A DNA stretch of 64,000 bases from Pirellulales bacterium. Its GTDB lineage: Bacteria; Planctomycetota; Planctomycetia; Pirellulales; UBA1268. Within the stretch, counting starts at the first letter, position 1. Every line of letters starts with the position of its first letter. A model generated the notes under the pieces. The model ran no database searches. It was not told the DNA's origin and was given only the letters and a program-made list of their open reading frames with translations. This document shows, in pieces, positions 47,221 to 57,164 of this stretch. The stretch spans positions 32,250 to 96,249 of the forward strand of contig JAGYJY010000020.1 in NCBI GenBank assembly GCA_018401745.1, written 5' to 3'. A program made the position numbers and the translations under genes.

Positions 47221-48126
47221 TCAGGTCAGGGCTCGCCCGATTTCGAGCATTTCATCGGCATCAAGGCGGGCCGAGTTTGACGCAAAAATCTGTCGCACCG
47301 CCTCGCGGTGAATCTTCATTTTGATGCCACCCACGCCGAGCGGCCCGTAGCCGACCGCGGGAGGCTCTGCGTGCGGCAGTTCCGCCGTTAAGAGCCGGCC
47401 TACGTCGGCCGCCAGGATGCCCTCAATACCCTCTGGCGGCACCGCATTGAGATCGACAAACACCCGCGCCTGGCGACAGGCCCGCAGGCCCTCGCTGCCC
47501 AGCAGCCGTGCACCAGCCGCACCAGCGGCCACAATCACCCCGGCATTCGCCAGGAGATCGAGCAGCTCGCCATGCGGCTGTCCGCTTGCGTCACCAGCAG
47601 CAGATACCGGTGTCAGGCGAGCCCCCTCCACGGTCGCGGCCACGGAGGCACAGACCGCTTCGGCTCGCTCGACGCCGCGGCTGGCAACGCCCACCTGGCA
47701 TCCTTCGCGGGCCAGCAGCCGCACCACCCGCCGCCCCACCGCGCCGGTGCCGCCGAGCACGACCGCCGACGTCTGCGAGAGATCGACATGCTTCCCGGCG
47801 ACCACCACCGCTGCCGCAGCCGTGGTGTTGGCACCGGAAGGGTCGAGCATGGCCCCGAGCCGGACAGGACCAAAAAAGGTCTCTTGAACGGTGCGAAAAA
47901 TCGCCTCAGCCGCCCCTACATCAGAGCCGCCCACGAAGATCGCCGTCGACGAGAGGTCTTTCCCGCCGCGTGTGAACATCCCGCCATGCACGAGGGCCAC
48001 GGCCGAGGCTGGGGTTACTCCACCGTGCCGCAGCAGCACGTCGACGCCGGCGTCGACCGCCACAATGGCGTCGAACGTGCTGGGCTGCGGATCGGCATCA
48101 AGCTGGATCAGCACACGGCTGGCCAT
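47221..48126 (-). CDS. NAD(P)-dependent methylenetetrahydromethanopterin dehydrogenase (MtdA/MtdB family)
   Basis: 301 aa. 'FVGGSD', 'MLDPSGANTTAAAAV' and the Rossmann 'VLGGTGAVGRRVVRLLAREG' resemble Mtd proteins. Immediately downstream of fae. Confidence 0.75.
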   Translation of the reverse strand: MASRVLIQLDADPQPSTFDAIVAVDAGVDVLLRHGGVTPASAVALVHGGMFTRGGKDLSSTAIFVGGSDVGAAEAIFRTVQETFFGPVRLGAMLDPSGANTTAAAAVVVAGKHVDLSQTSAVVLGGTGAVGRRVVRLLAREGCQVGVASRGVERAEAVCASVAATVEGARLTPVSAAGDASGQPHGELLDLLANAGVIVAAGAAGARLLGSEGLRACRQARVFVDLNAVPPEGIEGILAADVGRLLTAELPHAEPPAVGYGPLGVGGIKMKIHREAVRQIFASNSARLDADEMLEIGRALT

Positions 48127-48130
48127 CAGC

Positions 48131-48628
48131 TCAGAAGCCCCTGAAGGGATGGGCCGCGGTGTCCTTGGCAGCCACCATCTCTTCGGCCGTCGGCTTGCCG
48201 GTCATCGCGTTCTTGATGGCAGCGACCGTCGCCTCGTAGTTGTAGTCGTAGATCTTCTTGTCGTCTTCGGCGAGCCAGTGGATGAACACGCCACAGACGA
48301 TCACGAGGTTCTCCGCCTCGGCAGCGGGAATCACGCCGTCGGCCACGCTGTCGGCAACGGCCTTGGCCACAGCGGCCTGGGCAGGGCCAAACATCTGCAC
48401 AGCCTGCTTGGCACCCTTGATGGTGACCTTGGTGATCATGACCGTGGCCGGCTTCACCGCCACGTTTGGTGAGAGCACCGCCAGCAGGTTGGAGTGACCC
48501 TCGCTCTGACGGGCCAAGGCGTTGGCAAACGCCACACCCACAGGACCATCCTTGCTCCCGATCAACAGATCGATATGAGCGATTTCATTGCCATCGCCCG
48601 CAAGAGCCTCACCGATGAACATCGACAT
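48131..48628 (-). CDS. fae: formaldehyde-activating enzyme
   Basis: 165 aa from ATG 48628: 'MFIGEALAGDGNEIAHIDLLIGSKDGPVG...AVLSPNVAVKPATVMITKVTIK...IVCGVFIHW', typical Fae. The longer ORF extension to 48907 looks non-coding. Confidence 0.9.
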   Translation of the reverse strand: MSMFIGEALAGDGNEIAHIDLLIGSKDGPVGVAFANALARQSEGHSNLLAVLSPNVAVKPATVMITKVTIKGAKQAVQMFGPAQAAVAKAVADSVADGVIPAAEAENLVIVCGVFIHWLAEDDKKIYDYNYEATVAAIKNAMTGKPTAEEMVAAKDTAAHPFRGF

Positions 48629-48753
48629 GCGTAACACTCCCTTAAAAAACAGTTCCACCGCCGTCTCGACAAGCCGTCGAAGACCTGGGGAGGATAGCAG
48701 GTCGCCCCACCCCTGAAAACCATCGCCCCACGTCGGCCCCGGCTCCACCCGAG

Positions 48754-49980
48754 ATGTCCGCATCCCTTGCCCCGGACCAGCAGCGACCAAGCATCCTCGT
48801 CGTGGGAGGTTCGGTCCGCTTTCTTGCCTCCAGCTGCCAGCGGGCGGGCTGGAATGCCCACGCCTCCGATCGTTTTGGCGACGCCGACCTGCGGGCGCTC
48901 GCGGCAAGCTATCGCCCCCTGCCTGCCGTCCTCGAGGCAGCCGGCGACCCGTTTCCCGAGCTGGCAGGAGTGCCGTTTCTGTTTACTGGTGGCCTGGAGA
49001 ATGCCCCGGCCTTCCTCGAGAGGCTGGCCGGCTCGAGGCCTTCTGCGGCGGCCTCCCCCGCGGCCGTGCGTGCTGTCCGTGATCTCAGCCGGCTTGCCGA
49101 CGAGGCGGCACGAGTCGGCCTCCGCGTTCCCCAAAGCTATGCGACTCCCTGCGGCCTGCCTGTCGACGGCTCCTTCCTGGTCAAGCCTCGGGCCTCGGTC
49201 GGCGGGCAGGGCATCGCACGCTGGCATGGCGGAGCTGAGCCAGATCGCCCGTCACTCTGGCAGCGGGTTCACCCAGGCACTCCCCACGGGGTGAGCCTGG
49301 TGCTTGCCGACAACCAGCCACCGCAGCTGCTCGGGGTCTGCCGCAGCCTGCGGTGCCTCGCGGCCACCGCGGCGCCCGGCTGGGCCTACGCGGGCTCGGT
49401 CACGGTTCCGCCGCCGGCCTGGGTTGACCGCATCATCGCTCTCGCCGGCCGGCTTGCCAGCCAGCACGGCCTTCGCGGCGCAGTGGGCATCGACTGCATC
49501 GAGGACGCGTCCGGCCGCGTGGTGGTGCTGGAGGTGAATCCACGGCCGACGGCATCGATGGAGCTCCACGAGCGGACGCAGGGGCTCTGCATCGCCAGCA
49601 GCCACCTCGCAGCATGTGGGATCCACCCGCCGAGCCTCAGCCCGCAGCAGAAACCTGCGGTGGCCGCTGCATCGAGCAAAGCGATTCTCTACGCCAGCGA
49701 GGCCCTGGCGATCACGCCGCAGGTCGGTGCGATCCTGGCTGGGCTGGCAGCAGCGTGGTCGCCTCAGCAGGACGTTGCCGCCATCGCCGACCTCCCCTCT
49801 GCGGACTCGCAGATCGCAGCGGGCAGCCCGCTCGTGACCGTCTTCGCCGATGGCCCCGGCAGTGACGCCGCTGAAGGCCTGCTTGAGCAACGCCTCGACC
49901 AGCTCCGCGCGGCTCTGCGTCAGCCAGCCATCCGACGCGGCATCGCCTCAGCTGCCGCCGGTGCGAGGTACCGCATCTGA
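48754..49980 (+). CDS. ATP-grasp domain protein of the type associated with H4MPT-linked C1 clusters
   Basis: 408 aa. 'FLVKPRASVGGQGI', 'GAVGIDCIEDASGRVVVLEVNPRPTASMEL' (ATP-grasp C-terminal core). Divergent from fae. The specific function is not determinable here. Confidence 0.6.
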   Translation: MSASLAPDQQRPSILVVGGSVRFLASSCQRAGWNAHASDRFGDADLRALAASYRPLPAVLEAAGDPFPELAGVPFLFTGGLENAPAFLERLAGSRPSAAASPAAVRAVRDLSRLADEAARVGLRVPQSYATPCGLPVDGSFLVKPRASVGGQGIARWHGGAEPDRPSLWQRVHPGTPHGVSLVLADNQPPQLLGVCRSLRCLAATAAPGWAYAGSVTVPPPAWVDRIIALAGRLASQHGLRGAVGIDCIEDASGRVVVLEVNPRPTASMELHERTQGLCIASSHLAACGIHPPSLSPQQKPAVAAASSKAILYASEALAITPQVGAILAGLAAAWSPQQDVAAIADLPSADSQIAAGSPLVTVFADGPGSDAAEGLLEQRLDQLRAALRQPAIRRGIASAAAGARYRI

Positions 49981-50378
49981 TAGGCGTCTTCGGTGCTGTC
50001 CTGATAGAAGTCCTTGAGCACCGAGACTGCCATAAATCCAGAGTCGCGAAAGAAGAGCTGAGCCGGCAGGTTTCGCTCACGAACCTCCAGCAGGATGCGG
50101 TCCCGTCGCTCAGGCGAGAGCTTGCCAATCAGCCGGTCGACCATCTGGCGGCCGATCCCCAGCCGTCGATGGCTCCGCCGCACTGCGAAGTTGAGCACAT
50201 GCAGCCGCGTTCGGTGGAGCTCATAGATCATGAAGGCCACCACCGACTCGGCCATTTCGGCCACCATGCCGATGCAGTTCCGCTGCCGCAGGCAGTAGGT
50301 GAAGTCTTCTTCAGACCAAGGAAACTCAAACGATCCCTGCTCGATCTCGAGCACCTCAGGCATGTCGCGACGAATCAT
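49920..50378 (-). CDS. rimI: GNAT N-acetyltransferase, RimI-like
   Basis: 'MIRRDMPEVLEIEQGSFEFPWSEEDF', 'LHVLNFAVRRSHRRLGIGRQMV', 'LEVRERNLPAQLFFRDSGF'. Alternative upstream GTG starts are at 50432 and 50441. The 3' end overlaps the convergent ATP-grasp gene. Confidence 0.8.
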   Translation of the reverse strand: MIRRDMPEVLEIEQGSFEFPWSEEDFTYCLRQRNCIGMVAEMAESVVAFMIYELHRTRLHVLNFAVRRSHRRLGIGRQMVDRLIGKLSPERRDRILLEVRERNLPAQLFFRDSGFMAVSVLKDFYQDSTEDAYQMRYLAPAAAEAMPRRMAG

Positions 50379-50680
50379 CCATCGCACCTGAATCTGGAGC
50401 GGTTCATGCCTGGGAAACTCGATGCTTGTCACGGTGGCCACACTCCTCAAAGAAAACACGGCAGAGGCGAACCGGATGCCTGTGCATCTCGGTGGCCTCA
50501 GCCGTTGCGGCGAAACCGTAGCAGCCGGCACGCCATGCTCCAAGATGAGGTTTCCTAGGGGATTTCTCCGTGATCAGAAACGCCGCATGAACCTCGAAGG
50601 CCGTCTTGACCCTGTTTCCACCGCCGCCTACCGTCGCTGCGTTTCTCACGGTCTTACGTCTCCGAGGGTCTGGCCTTCCC

Positions 50681-52426
50681 ATGCACTCAACCGCCCATGC
50701 GCTGCCTCTCCTCCGACGATTTGCCGTGCCGCTGGTGCCCCTGCTGGCACTTGCCCTGATCGCTGCCGGCTGTGCAGGGCCGTCGATCCGCAGCCAAAGC
50801 CCCGAGATGGCTGCGCTCATGGAACTCGATGCCGACGTGAAGCTGGTTGGCGACTACGCCACGGCCTGGGGCGTGCTGCCGCAGCGGGTGGAGGCGGCCG
50901 CGCTGGTGACCAACCTGCCCAACACTGGTAGCGACCCACCGCCGAGCCCCCAGCGGACGGCACTGATGAACGACATCCAGGCCCGCAGCGTTGTTGAGCC
51001 CAACAGGCTCCTTGCCTCCCCTTCAACATCATTAGTCTGGGCCCGAGGCTTTATCCCACCTGGCGTTCGTCGCGGTGAGCGATTCGACATCTTCATTGAG
51101 GTTCCCGTCGGCAACGACACCGAGAGCCTCGCCGGTGGCTGGCTGATGGAAACACGGCTCTCCGAGATGGCCGTTCTCGACCGCATCCGCGACGGCCATG
51201 TCGTGGCCGTTGCCCAAGGCCCACTTCTGGTTGATCCGGTGGCCAGCACGGCGATTGATGCCAAAACCAAGGTAAGGGCGATCGTGCCGGGCGGTGGCGT
51301 CTCGCTGAGGTCGCGGTCGCTGGGCCTCGTGCTGCAGCCAGAGCATCGCTCCGTGACGGTCTCCAAGCGGGTGGGCGACACGATCAACCGCCGCTTCCAC
51401 GCCGTGATCCGCGGCAGTAAGCGGGGCGTGGCCACGCCCAAGACCGACCGCTTCATCGAGCTGGAGATTCCACCGAAATACGAGCACCATCTCGACCGCT
51501 ACATACGTGTCGTGCGGTGCCTGGCCGTCAGCGAGCCAGCAGGCGGTCGCCTGACGCGGCTGGAGATGCTCACGCGGCAGCTTTCCGACCCGGTGACAGC
51601 CCCCGCCGCCGCCCTGCGGCTCGAGGCGATCGGGGAGGATGCCATTCCCACGCTTCGCAAGGCTCTTGAATCCGGTGACGACGAAGTCCGCTTTCATGCC
51701 GCCGAGGCGCTCGCCTATCTCGGTGAGTCCAACGTCGCTCCGTATCTCGCACAAGCCGCCGCGGATCTCCGCAGTGCCCGACCGGCAGCGCTGGCCGCCC
51801 TTGAGGTGCTCGACGACGCCAACGGCATCGAGGCGCTTGAATCGCTGCTCAAGAGCTCGAGCGCCGAAACACGCTATGGAGCTTTCCGCACGCTCTGGAA
51901 GATGGACCGAACGATGCCAACGGTCCGCGGCGAACCACTGGCCGACGGCTTCCACCTGCATGTGCTCGACGTGGAAGGCCCGCCGCTGGTGCATGCCACG
52001 CGGCATGTGCGGCCTGAGATCGTGCTCTTTGGCGTGGAGCATCCGATCGACGATGGCCTGCGTGCCGAGGCGGGCAATCGCATCGTGGTCTCCACGAATG
52101 ACGGCAAAGCTCGCATCAGCTGCTTCACGCCAGGCGAAGAAGACAAGCAGCACGAATGCCCCGCTCGCATCGACGACGTGATCCGCGGCATCGCGAAGGT
52201 GGGCGGGCACTACCCCGACGCGGTGCAGTTTCTCCAGCAGGCCTACTCGCTTCGCGCCCTCCGCAGTCGGCTGGTGTTTGACGCGATTCCTGATGCCTAC
52301 GACGGACGCAAGAGCATTCACGAAGAGGTCTCATCACAAGACATTGAAGAGGAGATCGAAGCTGATGTCGACGCTGGCGTGCCGATCTCGGCCACCGGCT
52401 CGACCGGCAACGACGTCGAATCATGA
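50681..52426 (+). CDS. lipoprotein with FlgI (P-ring)-like domain and C-terminal HEAT repeats
   Basis: Lipobox 'LIAAGC'. Segments collinear with FlgI: 'NLPNTGSD', 'IPPGVRRGERFDIFIEVPVGNDTESLAGGWLMETRL', 'VVAVAQGPLLV', 'LGLVLQPEHRSVTVSKRVGDTIN'. These are followed by HEAT/PBS-lyase-like repeats ('GDDEVRFHAAEALAYLG', 'ARPAALAALEVLDD', 'SAETRYGAFRTLWKM'). The stop overlaps the smc start (ATGA). Confidence 0.65.
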   Translation: MHSTAHALPLLRRFAVPLVPLLALALIAAGCAGPSIRSQSPEMAALMELDADVKLVGDYATAWGVLPQRVEAAALVTNLPNTGSDPPPSPQRTALMNDIQARSVVEPNRLLASPSTSLVWARGFIPPGVRRGERFDIFIEVPVGNDTESLAGGWLMETRLSEMAVLDRIRDGHVVAVAQGPLLVDPVASTAIDAKTKVRAIVPGGGVSLRSRSLGLVLQPEHRSVTVSKRVGDTINRRFHAVIRGSKRGVATPKTDRFIELEIPPKYEHHLDRYIRVVRCLAVSEPAGGRLTRLEMLTRQLSDPVTAPAAALRLEAIGEDAIPTLRKALESGDDEVRFHAAEALAYLGESNVAPYLAQAAADLRSARPAALAALEVLDDANGIEALESLLKSSSAETRYGAFRTLWKMDRTMPTVRGEPLADGFHLHVLDVEGPPLVHATRHVRPEIVLFGVEHPIDDGLRAEAGNRIVVSTNDGKARISCFTPGEEDKQHECPARIDDVIRGIAKVGGHYPDAVQFLQQAYSLRALRSRLVFDAIPDAYDGRKSIHEEVSSQDIEEEIEADVDAGVPISATGSTGNDVES

Positions 52427-55400
52427 CGCGGCTCAAGGCCCTCGAACTCCACGGCTTCAAAAGCTTTGCTGACCGCACGCGGTTCGAGTTTCACTCGGGC
52501 GTGACGGCCATCGTGGGGCCCAACGGCTCGGGCAAATCCAACGTCGTCGATGCGATCAAGTGGGTGCTCGGCGAACAGTCGGTCCGCAGCCTCCGCGGCA
52601 AAGAGATGACCGACGTGATTTTCGCGGGAGCTGCCGGCCGCCGGCCGCTCAACTCCGCAGAAACCACCCTCACCTTCGACAACACCGCCCGCGAGCTCTC
52701 GCTTGCCGCCGATGAGGTGCGGATCGGCCGCCGCGTCTACCGCAGCGGTGAGAGCGAGTATCTGATCAACGGCGAGGTCTGTCGCCTCCGCGACATCCGC
52801 GAACTCTTCTCGGGCACCGGCGCCGCCACCGAGGCCTACAGCGTCATTGAGCAAGGACGTGTCGATAAGCTGCTCGTGTCGAGCGGCAAGGAGCGCCGAG
52901 GCGTCTTTGAAGAAGCGGCCGGGATCACCAAGTTTCGCACCCGCCGGGCCGAAGCTCTCAGGCGGCTTGAGCGGGCAGAACAAAACCGCCAGCGGCTGGC
53001 CGACATCGTGGGCGAGGTGGCCACACGACTGGAAACAGTGCTTCGCCAAGCGGCCCGAGCCAAGCGATGGCGAGTTCTCAGCGATCGTCTCAAGCGATGC
53101 CGCCTCGCGGCAGCCTCCCACGACCTGACGGGCGTCGATGCCGAGCTCATTCGGCTTGAGCAGGAGCGTGCCCACATCGCTGCGGCCTGCAACGAGGCAC
53201 GGGAAAGCCTGGCTGCCTGCGATGCCCGCGGCCAGGACGCGGCCGCCCGCACGGAACTGCACGACCACGACCTCGAAGCCTCCGAAGAACGTGTCGCCGA
53301 GGCGCGGCAGAAGGTCGCTGCAGCTGAGGCAGCACTCCAGCAGCTCGAGGTGCGTCGCCATGAGCTGGCTAGGCGACCTCACCCTGGCTTCCGATCGCCT
53401 TGCCAGCAAGGTCCGCGAAGAGCATGCCGCGGCCACAGCACTACGGCAAGCCGAGGAGCAGGCCCAGGCGGAGCACGACGCGTTCGGCGAGCTCGAAGCG
53501 GAGCTCGTGCAGCTGCGGACAACGGCGGACGGCTCGCTCGCCAATGCCGACGCCGCCCGCGAAGCCAGCAGCCGCCTGCAGGACGAGGTCACAACCAGTC
53601 ACCGCCGGCACCTGGAACAACGGATGGAGCTGGAACGGCTGTCACGCCTGGCGACAGCAGCCGAGCAACGGGCAGACGAATGCCGCCTCAAACTTGATCA
53701 GGCGACGGCCGCCCGGGCCCGGCTGGGGGAGTCACTGGCCGCCAGCGATGGCAATCTTTCCTCGCTGGAAACACTCCTTCGCAAACAGGCCGCCGAGGTC
53801 GCGGGCTGCGAGCAGCGAGACGCCGATCTCGGCGGTGTGATCCGCGCCACCTGGGACGAGCTTGCGGAGCTGCGATCACAGCTGGAGGCATGCCGCGAGC
53901 GGACCCGGGTGCTTGCCGAGATGAGCCAGCAGCACGACGGCATTCCGGCCGGCGTGCGGGCGGTCCTCTCTGGTGAACTCCCCTCTCCGGCCGGCCTCGC
54001 CGGCATGCTCGCCGACGCCATTGTTGCCGATGCGGCGATCGCACCGCTGGTCGATCTCGCCCTCGGCCACCTCGGAGGCAGCCTGATCATCGACGACCTC
54101 ACCGAGGCCGCGCGGTGGGCCGACGACTGGCTCAGCGGCGAATCGGATCGCTGCGGGCCGCTGAGCTTCATTGCGGCAACGCCGCACGGGGCAGCCTCCC
54201 ACCGGCCAGACCTCTCCGGCCTGCCTGGCGTTGTCGGCAGGCTTGACCAGCTCGTCAGCTACGACAGCCGTCATGAGCCGATCATCTCCCGCGTGTTGGG
54301 GGCCGCCTGGGTCGTGGAAACCCTCGCAGACGCGCAGCGACTTCTCCCCGACGCTGGCGGTGACGTCTGCCTGCTCACCCGCGACGGGATGCTGCTCTCG
54401 CCGAAAGGCATCCTGGAAATCGGTGGCAAATCGATGACGGGGCTGGTGGCACGCCACAGCGAACAGTCATCGCTCGAAGACCGCTCCAACGGCCTGATGG
54501 CCGCGGTCGCGAAGCACCAGGCGGAGCTGGCCGCTCACGAACAGGAGCGGACCCGCATCCGCGACAGCATTCGCGGCCTCCGCACCCGTCTAGAACACAC
54601 GCAGGCAGAGCTGGCCACCTCGCGGGCCGAGCGGCAGCGGCTCCTCCGCGATCAGACGTCGTCGACCCAGGCCATTGAAGCCGCCGACGAGGCCCGCCGC
54701 ACCGCAGAAAAAGAGGCCGCCGCGCTGATCGAAGAACGCGACCGGCAGGCAAGCAACGTGGAGGAGGCGGCCGCCGAAGAGCAGCGGCTGACTGAGGAGC
54801 ACACGGCAGCCCGCCGGACGATTGAAGACTTTGATCGCAGCCGGGGCAGCCTGCTTGATGAGATCCATACGAGTAGCCATGAGCTTGAGCTCGCCAGAAC
54901 CCGCCTCGAGGAAGCCCGCGACGACGCCCGGCGGCTCAAGGCGGCCCGCCTCGCGGCGCACGCCGCGTGCGGCGAAGAACACTCCCGGCTCCGCGATGTC
55001 TCACGCCGAAGCAGTCTGCTCGACCTGGAATGCCTGCGGGTTCGCCAGTCCCACGCGGAAGCTGCCATCGCAGCCGAGTTTGAGGCCATCACCCGCCGCA
55101 GCCTGCACCGCCAGCGAGAGGCCTGTGTGGCCCAAGCACGCGAGGCCGCCATGGGAAGCCGTGCCGCTCAGGAAAGCCTTGCCGAGCGAGAACGCCAAGG
55201 CCACGCCACCGAACTTGCCCTCGGCCAAGCCCGCCACAACCGCTCACGGATCGTGGAACGAATCCGCGAAGACTACGACCTCGATATCGATACGGCGACG
55301 GACTCTCCACCAGCTGCCCAGCAGGTGGTGGACGACGACGATCCGCTGCCCGAATCACGCGAGGAGCTCGAGCAGGAGATCGACCAGCTCCGTCACAAGC

Positions 55401-56032
55401 TCAGCAGTTTCTCGACCGTCAATCTCGAGGCGCTCAACGAGGCGGAAGAGCTCGAAAAACGACATGCGGAGCTCGAAGCCCAGCTGACCGACGTGACGCA
55501 GGCCAAGGCGTCGATCGAACAGCTCATCACCCGCATCGATGAGGAGAGTCGCCGCCTCCTGAGCGAGACGATCGAGACGGTTCGCGGCTACTTCCGCGAA
55601 CTCTTCGAGCGACTCTTTGCCGGCGGTCAGGCCGACATCGTGATCGACCCGGATGAAGACCTGCTCGATGCCTCAGTCGAAATCGTGGCCCGCCCACCGG
55701 GCAAGGAGCCCCGCAACATCTCGCTCCTCTCCGGTGGTGAGAAGACGATGACCTGCGTGGCCTTGCTGCTGGCGATTTTTAAGAGCCGGCCGAGCCCCTT
55801 CTGCGTGCTCGACGAGGTGGATGCCCCGCTCGACGAGGCAAACGTCGATCGTTTTACGTCCGTGCTCAAGGAATCGCTGTCGTCGACGCAGTTCATCGTT
55901 GTCACCCACTCCAAGAAGACGATGGCGGCAGCCACGACGCTCTACGGCATCACGCAAGAGCAGTCCGGCGTCTCAAAACGCGTCAGCGTTCGCTTCGAAG
56001 AGGCTGTTGCCGCCACCAGCAGAGCGGCGTAA
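52423..56032 (+). CDS. smc: chromosome segregation protein SMC, frame-disrupted as assembled
   Basis: N-terminus 'LELHGFKSFADRT...IVGPNGSGKSNVVDAIKWVLGEQS' (ORF 52423..53697). Coiled coils, hinge and C-terminus 'LSGGEKTMTCVALLLAIF...FCVLDEVDAPLDEANV' are in ORF 53138..56032. The frame switches near 53355-53372. Confidence 0.92.
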
Positions 56033-56479
56033 TCCGCCCGACCGTTGTCCGCTGCAGCCCACCAACAGGTGCAGTGGTCACCGCCCGCGAAAGCGGTGCG
56101 AGCGTCGCCGTCGGGAAGAACGTCTCAAGTTGCATGAAGCGTTCTTTCGATATGCATTCGTGGACGGTCATTCCGTCAGAGTCGCGGTCGGTGAAAGCCG
56201 GCCACGTCTCGAGCGGAATGAAAGCAGGGGGGGACACCTGCGAGCCATGATCGCCGAACACCGCGGAAATTTTTTCCGTTGGATAGGCGTCTCTCTGTAG
56301 CCCCCCCGCCGCTTTCTTGGCCGGCCTTCGCGGGGCGCGACGACGCGGTCGACCCCTCGGATCGGAATCCGCGTCGCACGTGGTCCGAACACCACGGCAT
56401 ACCGGTATTGCCCGCTTCGGTCACCGCGCTTGCGGATGCCGTTGGCAAGGTTGTGTAGAAGCAAATGGAGTCCAAAGCA

Positions 56480-57052
56480 ATGAAGGTCTTCACGACGGGA
56501 CAGGTCGCTAAGATCTGTAAAGTTGCTCCCCGCACGGTGAGCAAATGGTTCGACTCAGGCCGTCTCAGAGGTTACCGGATCCCTGGCTCGCAGGATCGCC
56601 GGATACCCCGCGAGTATCTGATCAAGTTCCTCAAAGAGCACGGCATGCCGCTGGGCGACCTTGAGGATGAGGCGATGGCGAAAGTCCTCGTCGTCGGCCA
56701 GGATCAGGTGTTGATCGAAAACCTGAAGCGGCACATGCCCGCCGATGGGTCTTACAAGATCCAGGTGGCGGCCAGCGGCTTCGAGGCTGGCATTCAGGCC
56801 GAAAGCTTCCACCCCGATTGCATCGTGGTGGACTATGCGATCGGTCGCATCGATGCCCAGCAGATCTGCCAGAATCTTCGCCGCAACCAGGAATATGCGG
56901 AGACGATCGTGATCGCCCTGCTCCCCGACGACGGTTCGACCATCACCGTCGATCGTGCCCACGTGAACGAGAGCTTTAAAAAGCCGTTCGACGTGGCGCT
57001 CCTTGCAGAGCGGCTGCGGACCCTCGTGGGGGCCCGTAAGGAGCTGGTGTAG
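56480..57052 (+). CDS. excisionase/MerR-type HTH fused to a receiver-like domain (atypical response regulator)
   Basis: 'FTTGQVAKICKVAPRTVSKWFDSGRLRGYRIPGSQDRRIPREYL' HTH, then a CheY-like fold ('KVLVVGQDQ', 'DCIVVDYAIG', 'FKKPFD'). The usual N-terminal acidic pair is replaced. Confidence 0.7.
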   Translation: MKVFTTGQVAKICKVAPRTVSKWFDSGRLRGYRIPGSQDRRIPREYLIKFLKEHGMPLGDLEDEAMAKVLVVGQDQVLIENLKRHMPADGSYKIQVAASGFEAGIQAESFHPDCIVVDYAIGRIDAQQICQNLRRNQEYAETIVIALLPDDGSTITVDRAHVNESFKKPFDVALLAERLRTLVGARKELV

Positions 57053-57080
57053 CAGCCGGCAATCGCGACGACTCCATTTG

Positions 57081-57130
57081 CCGCGGGCCGGTGTGTCATG
57101 GGGGGCACGCCGGCCCGCGGTCGTTTTGTC
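57081..57130 (+). terminator. rho-independent terminator
   Basis: Perfect 11-bp stem ccgcgggccgg (57081-57091) / ccggcccgcgg (57110-57120), followed by tcgttttgtc. Confidence 0.75.
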
Positions 57131-57164
57131 TCACTCCTCACGTCTTCTCGCGAGCAGCCAGTTC

